Shown: one piece after another, positions 34,022-40,279 of the stretch
How positions within the stretch are numbered: the stretch's first letter is position 1
Layout of the letters: every line of letters starts with the position of its first letter
Origin: a virus
Lineage: Duplodnaviria > Caudoviricetes
Virus record (IMG/VR): IMGVR_UViG_3300027834_000297
Coordinates: 1-40,279 of that record
Strand: one strand, 5' to 3'
DNA: 40,279 nt
Program-made: the position numbers and the translations under genes
The notes under the pieces: generated by a model
The model's input: only the letters and a program-made list of their open reading frames with translations
Told to the model about the DNA's origin: nothing
Databases searched by the model: none

Positions 34022-36172
34022 TCAGCCCCCTTTCAGGTAGCTTTCTCCAAATTCTCGGTACATGTCCGCGCGCGTCCGATATTCTGCTGTGTCGCGGTAC
34101 CGCGCGTACCAACTGGCCTCAGCCTCGCCGATGCGTTCACCAGCATTTGAGAGCCGTTCAACTTCCAGCGCGCGTTTGAAACGATCCATTGGGCCTTCTT
34201 CAGCCTCAATTGCCGCGACTTTTCGGGCTTTGTCGGCGTAAAACTCTTTCTGGAAATCAACGAGCTCTGCGGCTTGTTCCGGCGTTGTTTTTTCGGTGTA
34301 TGTCGGGCGAACAACCCGGGCAGAATCCGAACGGGCATCGCCCTTTGGCATCGCCACAATTTTGTTTTCTGGAACAACCGGGTCCAAGACGGGGTTTGCG
34401 TCCAACGTTGCCGCGAGGTCTTTCTGGGTCATGCGCCGCTCTTGCTTGAGCAACTTGCGTTGTGCGCGCATGTAAGCGGACTTGGCGCGCGCGTTCTCTT
34501 TTGCAGCCGTCAGGCTGTAGAAGCCGCTGGCCAGTTTGCACGGTGCAAACCCTAGGAATTCACCTGTCAGCTCGTAGATGTATGCGCCCGAGTGCAGATC
34601 ATCGATGTCGAAACGAACAGACACTTTTTTGCGTGGGTATTCGGCCATCCAGTCTGACCAATACATGTTGCCAAACATTGTGAGGCGACCATGATTTTTC
34701 TGCAGGGTGCGCGTGATGTGACCCATGAGCCAAAGGCGTTTTTGTTCGTCAGATGCACGGCGAATGGCGGAATGCTCATAGCTTTCGTTGAATGTCTCGT
34801 CGAAACTGCGGCCATTGGCCGTTTCCGACAAGCGGCCCAAACGTGCATTGTGCTCTATGATCCGCTCGTCGACGACGCGGACAAAGTCCTTGATCGGTAC
34901 GGCGTGTGATTTGTAATTTTCCGGCTTTGCATCAGGTCGATTGCCCACATACGCTCCCGCAAATCGAATGTCTTTTGCAATGTCGCTGGCCAGATCGCGG
35001 AACGCGCGTTCAATGGGTTTCGATTGACCGCTTGCAGGCCGGGCCCAATGCACTTTGATGCCCAACAGTGGCAGAACGCCCAATGGGTCATCGTCCCTTA
35101 CTTTGCCGCGATATCGTGTCTTGCAGCCGCCCGTAAGCCATTTGGCAGCGAACTCACGCCCGTTATCAAAGGTGCAGTGTTCTGGAATGCCCCATGTTTC
35201 GATCATCTCGCCAAATGCCGCCATGACAGCGACCTCATTGGGCGTGTGATCAATCCGCCAGCTTAGAATTTTGCCAGAATACAAATCCTGAAACGCGATG
35301 ATCTGACACCGCTCGACCGCGCCATCTTCCCATTCAACAAACACGTCGAACTTGTGACAGTCGGCATTCACACCCTGCAACGCATGCATGTCCGCTTTTG
35401 AGCGGATCATGGGCGGGAAACACCTTTCCAGCCCTGTGACACCTTCGCGGGCATAGACCTGCACCACACGAGGCACCTGAGCGCTTAGACGGCGGCGCGC
35501 AGTGCGATTACACAGCGCGTTCCAGCCTTTCGCTTTGGCGACTTTAACCGCGTCGCGAAAGCATTGCGCGAAAGTAGGCGCTTCCAATTGGAGAAAGATG
35601 CTCTTCAGAAAGTCCATGAATTCCGGGCTGCATTCGGCCTGTTTGTCGGCGCGCTGTGCGGCCCGGTTCTTTGGGGCAAGATAATACAGCCAATCAGACA
35701 CCGTCTGACCGTCAACCAGCTTGAACCAGTTCCACACGGTCCGATCACTTACACCGTGATCGTGGGCGACCTGATCAACTGCCACAAAACGGGTGACGCC
35801 GGACTGTTCAAGTGCCGACACCTTTTGCAAAACCGACAACCGGGCCAGCGTCTTTTCCTTCACGGCTGAAGGCAGACCTTCATAATACGCCTGAAGCTCG
35901 GCAATGGCTGGCACAACTGGCTCTGCCGTTTCCATCGTGGTTGAGGCTTCTTTCAACAGCGACTTGCGCGCGCGCAGAGGGAACAACTCCCAGGCATATT
36001 CCCAACCACCACCCTTGCCAGCGCGTTGCCGCGCATTGTCGAGGCTCTCGCGCCAGCCTTGGCGCTTGGCATAGGTTTCGACGCCTTGTCGTGTACCGGG
36101 AAGATCAGGCAAGCTTTCACCAGCTATCTCTGTCGCGGTCCACCACGTTTTATGAGGGCGTAAAACGCTCAT
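34022..36172 (-). CDS. MuA-like DDE transposase
   Basis: N-terminal Mu DNA-binding domain (W.TA.EIA...LP, GKGGG.EY), AD.H.FDV, FDNGREF, KPIERAF, Mu transposase C-terminal domain. Confidence 0.95.
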   Translation of the reverse strand: MSVLRPHKTWWTATEIAGESLPDLPGTRQGVETYAKRQGWRESLDNARQRAGKGGGWEYAWELFPLRARKSLLKEASTTMETAEPVVPAIAELQAYYEGLPSAVKEKTLARLSVLQKVSALEQSGVTRFVAVDQVAHDHGVSDRTVWNWFKLVDGQTVSDWLYYLAPKNRAAQRADKQAECSPEFMDFLKSIFLQLEAPTFAQCFRDAVKVAKAKGWNALCNRTARRRLSAQVPRVVQVYAREGVTGLERCFPPMIRSKADMHALQGVNADCHKFDVFVEWEDGAVERCQIIAFQDLYSGKILSWRIDHTPNEVAVMAAFGEMIETWGIPEHCTFDNGREFAAKWLTGGCKTRYRGKVRDDDPLGVLPLLGIKVHWARPASGQSKPIERAFRDLASDIAKDIRFAGAYVGNRPDAKPENYKSHAVPIKDFVRVVDERIIEHNARLGRLSETANGRSFDETFNESYEHSAIRRASDEQKRLWLMGHITRTLQKNHGRLTMFGNMYWSDWMAEYPRKKVSVRFDIDDLHSGAYIYELTGEFLGFAPCKLASGFYSLTAAKENARAKSAYMRAQRKLLKQERRMTQKDLAATLDANPVLDPVVPENKIVAMPKGDARSDSARVVRPTYTEKTTPEQAAELVDFQKEFYADKARKVAAIEAEEGPMDRFKRALEVERLSNAGERIGEAEASWYARYRDTAEYRTRADMYREFGESYLKGG

Positions 36173-37044
36173 TTAACAACCTTTAAATCCGGTTTCTTGG
36201 GGGCCAACATGTCGAGCAACTCAGCCTCGCGGCTTTCGACAAATTGCCGCTTCACCGCCATTGGTGCGCGCTTCCACGCGGTCAGCAGTTTTTCAAAAGC
36301 TTTGTCGTCGGGGCTTTGCGTGGGTTTGGCGGCTGGCTGAACTGCAGCTATGGCATCCCCAACAGAGCCAGCTTTGCCGCTGGCCAGTTGCCCGATCACT
36401 TCCGCGCGCTGCTTAGGCTCATTGATCTTGGCAAAGGCCATCAGGTCCTTCAGCTTCAGCGGCTCCTTGGTGGATGCCAGCGTCGTCACATCTTCCGGTG
36501 AAAGGGCGTTGCCAATCTGTACGAAGGTGCGGATATGGCGGTCACTGAGGTCGCGTTTTTCGGCGACGGACTTTGCGAAGGAAATAATTTCCGTCGCATC
36601 TTTATCCCAACGTTTCCGGGCCAAATCCGCGCCGCTTAATTGCTTCGTCTCTGGGTGTAACCGCTCATAAACGCGCTTTCGTTCAGCTAGGAACACGCTC
36701 AGTTCGAGAATGCTCAAGTCGGCACCTGACAGGTTGTCGTCGATCTCCATCAGGCGCGCAAAATCGTCGGTCACATCGGCCCAGACACGCGCAGGGATTG
36801 TTGTCCACCCGAGCTGCTTGGCGGCTTCTAATCGGTGTGCGCCTGCCATCAGGACGATGATGTCTTCGCCATTCCTACGCTTTTTGCGCAGGTGTATCGC
36901 GTCCTTGATAATGCCCAATTCGGTGATTGATGCGATCAGGCTTTGCACGCCGGTTTCGGAAACCGGGCGCAGACGCGCCGCCGCATCCATATCAATCAAA
37001 TCAATATCCAGACGTTGGATTTTCGGCTCAGATTTCGGTGTCAC
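36169..37044 (-). CDS. ParB N-terminal domain protein
   Basis: RLRPV...V..L..SI...G, L.AG.HRLEA...LGW, EIDDNL, central HTH. Confidence 0.85.
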   Translation of the reverse strand: MTPKSEPKIQRLDIDLIDMDAAARLRPVSETGVQSLIASITELGIIKDAIHLRKKRRNGEDIIVLMAGAHRLEAAKQLGWTTIPARVWADVTDDFARLMEIDDNLSGADLSILELSVFLAERKRVYERLHPETKQLSGADLARKRWDKDATEIISFAKSVAEKRDLSDRHIRTFVQIGNALSPEDVTTLASTKEPLKLKDLMAFAKINEPKQRAEVIGQLASGKAGSVGDAIAAVQPAAKPTQSPDDKAFEKLLTAWKRAPMAVKRQFVESREAELLDMLAPKKPDLKVVK

Positions 37045-37046
37045 GC

Positions 37047-37283
37047 TTAATATCCTTTCGGGCTTTTGATCAGGCTGTAGTAAAATCGGCGCTGGCCGTT
37101 TTTGACGGCTTGCCGACAGGTGATTTCGGCTCCGTTGACGCGCAGTTCAGCAACAACGGAATTGACCGCACAGATACGTGCGCGTCGGTCAAATTCCTGT
37201 GTGCTCAGCTCTCCCTCTGCTTGCTGCAAAGCCTTGAGGGCGCGTGCCAGTCGTGGGCTGGTGTTCAGGCGGGCGTTATGCAT
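37047..37283 (-). CDS. Small HTH-like protein
   Basis: MH.A.L..SPRL.R.L, ICAVNS.VAELR.NG..I.C. Confidence 0.7.
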   Translation of the reverse strand: MHNARLNTSPRLARALKALQQAEGELSTQEFDRRARICAVNSVVAELRVNGAEITCRQAVKNGQRRFYYSLIKSPKGY

Positions 37284-37296
37284 CAGACAGTCACTT

Positions 37297-37941
37297 TCAT
37301 TGTGTCGCCCACACGATGAAAATCCCCACAAACAGAATGCCAAACAGGCTGGCTGCGCCGATGACGTCGCCGATCCAATGATCATCAAGTGATTGCAGGA
37401 ACCGAATTAGGTGGCCCCGACGCCGCGCTGCCTGAAAACGAGCGTCGGGACCGTCACCATCTGCGAAAGCGTGATCAAACACAGATGGGGTCTCGGGGAC
37501 CAGTTTATGAAAAGCCCCCGGAGTCGAGCAGCACTCCGGGGTAGTGAGCAAGCCGGGGACAGATGACGCAGCTTGCTTGTTAGGGGAGGGGCGGGGAATG
37601 TCTGTAGGCCATTCCAGCATGGCGTCCGGCCAATGATCTGAAAACCATTGAGCCGCCATTAGCGAAGTGCTGAGCGTACAGCTCTTGCCGTCAGCCAAGC
37701 GCGAAAAAAGTCGCGTATGGTCGCAAATCTTATTCGATATCGTGGCTTGGCTGATTTTGCTCTGTTCCCCGAACATGTCCGCGAGAACCACCAATTGTTC
37801 AGCAGAAAGCAGAACAGCATCCGGACAGAGTACCTTGGGACCTTTTTTATAAGATGGTTCGACGCACAACACAGCCTCATGCAGCAAGTGCATGGCTAGG
37901 CGAGTGGCAGACAATTCCTTCTGAATAAATGGACGCAACAT
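37297..37941 (-). CDS. Cro/Ner-like regulator paralogue with C-terminal extension ending in a TM segment
   Basis: TGATG-coupled start; HTH-like S.ATIS..I...RLF.RL..GKSCT; WFSDHWP...WP.DIPRP. Confidence 0.6.
   Translation of the reverse strand: MLRPFIQKELSATRLAMHLLHEAVLCVEPSYKKGPKVLCPDAVLLSAEQLVVLADMFGEQSKISQATISNKICDHTRLFSRLADGKSCTLSTSLMAAQWFSDHWPDAMLEWPTDIPRPSPNKQAASSVPGLLTTPECCSTPGAFHKLVPETPSVFDHAFADGDGPDARFQAARRRGHLIRFLQSLDDHWIGDVIGAASLFGILFVGIFIVWATQ
37510..37541 (-). terminator. Intrinsic terminator-like hairpin inside the ORF
   Basis: CCCCGGAGT-8 nt-ACTCCGGGG (9 bp) followed by GCTTTT on the minus strand. Confidence 0.55.
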
Positions 37942-38031
37942 CACGCGGCATCCTTCTTGCTTGGGGTGGGACGGGGAATGTCGGCCGGCCATTCGAGCTC
38001 AGCGTCCGGCCAATGGTCCGAAAGCCATTGA
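37576..38031. repeat. Imperfect 76-bp direct repeat (37576-37651 and 37956-38031)
   Basis: 62/76 identical by manual alignment; encodes the shared C-terminal motif of the two Cro-like domains. Confidence 0.85.
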
Positions 38032-38216
38032 ATCCCTCCATCTACTCGGTCCGTCGAAATTTTGTGGGCTGGCTTTCCATCTGGGCGATACTTTTGAAGA
38101 CGCCTGTGAGTAAGACCACTGCCCGTGGATAGACGAGAAATGGTCGTGACCGACCGGTTTGTCGCCGACGCTAAAGCCTCTATTGCGAGGCAAAGGTTAT
38201 TTCGTGTGCTGCTCAT
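37941..38216 (-). CDS. Cro/Ner-like early regulator
   Basis: First early gene, divergent from the repressor; RSVTTISRL.TGSG HTH-like; WLSDHWP...WP.DIPRP. Confidence 0.72.
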   Translation of the reverse strand: MSSTRNNLCLAIEALASATNRSVTTISRLSTGSGLTHRRLQKYRPDGKPAHKISTDRVDGGIQWLSDHWPDAELEWPADIPRPTPSKKDAA

Positions 38217-38290
38217 AACACGTTTAGTTGTGTCACACACAACACACTAGGTCAACTGGCGATTTGTGTTATGTGTCATGCATGACACGA
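38202..38290. promoter_or_regulatory. Immunity region with candidate operators
   Basis: Perfect palindrome GTGTCATGCATGACAC (38273-38288); inverted pair CATAACAC (38214-38221) / GTGTTATG (38266-38273); minus-strand TTGACC at 38255-38250. Confidence 0.55.
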
Positions 38291-38704
38291 TTCGGAATGA
38301 CTGAAATCAACCGGCGGATTTCTGCGGGAGTTGAGGGAGAAGGGCTCCGTCCGTTTGCGCGTCGATTGAACCTTCCGATTGGTGTTCTTCGAAGCGTTTT
38401 GGATGACAGAGATATTTCTGTTTCAAATCTCAAATTGCTAAGCGATGCCTTCGGGCTGGAACTCTACGTTGGCCCACCCATTTCACCTGACGTGAAATCA
38501 CGCGCCGCAGCGGCGGGAACACCCCTTACAGACGACAACCGCCTGCTTCAGGCGATAACGGCCGTCGAAGAGGGATTTGCTAAATCACGCAAGCGCATTC
38601 AGCCGCGCAAGAAGGCTGAAATCATCATGGCGGTTTACGATCTTCTGGGCGAGAGTGACCAAGGGTCGGACGACAAGATCATCCGACTCGTCAGCGCCAT
38701 GTAA
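38282..38704 (+). CDS. Prophage repressor (HTH, no S24 peptidase domain)
   Basis: Only clear plus-strand phage gene, divergent from the early operon; LRPFARRLNLPIGVLRSVL HTH; C-terminal AI.AVEE...P.KKAE.I...Y.L. Start uncertain. Confidence 0.72.
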   Translation: MTRFGMTEINRRISAGVEGEGLRPFARRLNLPIGVLRSVLDDRDISVSNLKLLSDAFGLELYVGPPISPDVKSRAAAAGTPLTDDNRLLQAITAVEEGFAKSRKRIQPRKKAEIIMAVYDLLGESDQGSDDKIIRLVSAM

Positions 38705-39440
38705 GGAGATTCATTTTGCGTGATTTTGAAACACCGTCTGACAAGGTCAAACGGTTGATTGAAGAAGCTATTGAAACAGGTACCGACGATTCCACAAGCG
38801 CAGCCGGCCAATCTGTCGTAAACAATTGCAAGGCCATTACAGTTGCATCTGGTGATATATTTATGATCAACGTTTTCGTTAAAAAAATCGCAAGTGAATT
38901 CAGGCAATCACTAGGACGCGCCCAAAACAGTTGCTTGGAAATTCAGCCCAGCCAACCATTGCCAAGAGAAATACTAAAGCGCGAGTTTGCCTCGCTATTT
39001 CTAGCGTAAGTAGATTCGCCTTTAAGCTGCAATGCGGCATTATGGTTCGACCATTGCGGCTTTTTCTTTTATGTAGATCAGCGCCATTTTTGTGGCGATA
39101 TATGCCGAATCCGTTGCATGTTGTGGATTGGCAATGTCGCGTGGCGGCTTGGTAATATGCCTTTAAAACCAACGGCGTAGGACAACATGCAACTGGAATA
39201 CGCAACCTGCAACGCGATTTGCATGTTCGGAAAGTGGCAATTCACCTAAATCCGCCCTTAAAAGGTCGTTTAAGCCCAATAAAACAAGGCGATTGTCGCG
39301 CTCTGCCTGTTGTTGACAACGTTTTCTTCAGTGGCTCGCAACAAGCAAAAACGCCCGGTTTTTGAGTTTACTGAAGGTCACGCCAAATTTGCGCTGTTTG
39401 TGGCCAAACCTTCCAAAAACCCCTTATTTCACTGGCTCTA

Positions 39441-39480
39441 TCCGACTTCTTCCGCGTTCATCCGGGGTCTTCCGGTTACT
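39441..39480. repeat. Four TCCG motifs at exact 10-bp spacing
   Basis: tccgacttct tccgcgttca tccggggtct tccggttact. Confidence 0.7.
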
Positions 39481-39559
39481 GCAATAAACTGTGTCCAACT
39501 ACAGCGCGCGATATCCAAAAGGTCACTTTCATTTTTGCCAGCCAAGTGCAGCCCGCTTG

Positions 39560-39802
39560 TTAGCGGTCGTAGCATCGTACTTTTTCGTCCGCCTCGAGGT
39601 AACAATCCTGATCCTTAGGCAAAGGCTCATCGAAGCAATGCCGCTTATCTTCACCAAAGGTATAGCAGTACCCTTGCTTCTTATCATCGTCATCATCGCA
39701 GAGAGCTAACAGAAGAACGATTCCGATTGCCCAGCGCCACCATCGACGGCGTTTAGGTTCGTCAGATCGGGGTGAGTTGAAGTGGTCTTCGTCGTTTCTC
39801 AC
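39560..39802 (-). CDS. Hypothetical membrane-anchored small protein with four downstream cysteines
   Basis: KRRRWWRW, hydrophobic stretch, acidic run, Cys-rich tail; GTG start. Confidence 0.45.
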   Translation of the reverse strand: MRNDEDHFNSPRSDEPKRRRWWRWAIGIVLLLALCDDDDDKKQGYCYTFGEDKRHCFDEPLPKDQDCYLEADEKVRCYDR

Positions 39803-39895
39803 AATTGTCGCCTATGGAAACTAGCTTCGTTCAAACCTTAGGAGTGAAGGCGACTACAAGCAACCCATGCGCGATATCTCATCAAGGTCGACATG

Positions 39896-40279
39896 TTACG
39901 AGCGAACTTGGCCATTTCTCATTTGTTGCGCCTTCACGGCCCTGATCCGCTGACGCACTTTCTTGGTGTAGTGCAAGACCATCGCCGGACTTTGCCCCGT
40001 AATCGAGGCGACCAGATCGTCACTACATCCTGCCTCAACTAGCTCGCAGGCGGCATTGTAGCGCCAGCTATGAATATCGTAGCGAACCGCTCCAATGCGT
40101 TCCCTGACGTTTCTGACGGCCTGTGAGGCCCCGCGATAGGACCAGCGATTGGTTCCCTGTTCATTGGTAAGAAGGAAGACTGAATGCCGACTGGCGGCGT
40201 CAAGTGCCGCTTGCAGCTCGGACAGGATTGGAACCCAGAGTTCCTTACCAGTCTTGTTTTGGCGCACGGCGAACCCGCC
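39896..40279 (-). CDS. Tyrosine recombinase/integrase, C-terminal part (5' end beyond window)
   Basis: RQ.KTG..L.VP, HSWR (H-x-x-R), ITGQ, catalytic HY. Frame is open to the window edge. Confidence 0.85.
   Translation of the reverse strand, partial: GGFAVRQNKTGKELWVPILSELQAALDAASRHSVFLLTNEQGTNRWSYRGASQAVRNVRERIGAVRYDIHSWRYNAACELVEAGCSDDLVASITGQSPAMVLHYTKKVRQRIRAVKAQQMRNGQVRS

Larger units (their letters stand above)
1..39503 (-). mobile_element. Mu-like transposable prophage with siphovirus-type tail; second end not found in window
   Basis: Complete Mu-type gene order: repressor, MuA/MuB, GemA, Mor/C, lysis, gp25-gp29, MuF, protease, capsid, gp36, tail, com. Candidate terminal CA at 39502-39503. 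Boundaries are less certain than the identity. Confidence 0.9.

Noticed and set aside
38716-39205. ORFs 38716-39009 (+) and 38900-39205 (-)
   Set aside because: No recognisable motifs. The first has an AAGGAG and may be real, but support is too weak to call.
39441-39480. CRISPR-like or tandem repeat array
   Set aside because: Repeat unit is only 4 bp with 6-bp spacers, and no cas genes are present.

Overview
Almost the whole window (about 1-39.5 kb, nearly all genes on the minus strand) is a Mu-like transposable prophage with a non-contractile, lambda-like tail. The host is probably an alphaproteobacterium of the Rhodobacteraceae type, inferred from gene families such as the GTA-type holin. 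Read right to left: putative left end (~39503), repressor, two Cro/Ner-like genes, ParB, MuA transposase, MuB ATPase, early accessory genes (DUF3164, MT-A70 methyltransferase, HNH-like, GemA), a tRNA-like RNA, Mor/C-like late activator, lysis genes, terminase, portal, MuF, protease/scaffold, capsid, tail genes and tail fibres. The Mu 'mom' slot holds com, a C5-cytosine methyltransferase, DUF5131 and TcmP. A partial tyrosine integrase of another element lies at the right edge. Most notable: (1) a perfect tRNA cloverleaf whose anticodon loop is only 3 nt; (2) a C5-methyltransferase apparently split over two fully overlapping reading frames that start at one ATGTG, followed by a radical-SAM-like/methyltransferase-like pair (possible new DNA-modification pathway); (3) MuF with a C-terminal ADP-ribosyltransferase plus a candidate immunity gene; (4) two structured intergenic RNAs; (5) an exact 20-bp late-promoter element. 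All family assignments come from recognised motifs and gene order; no database searches were run.
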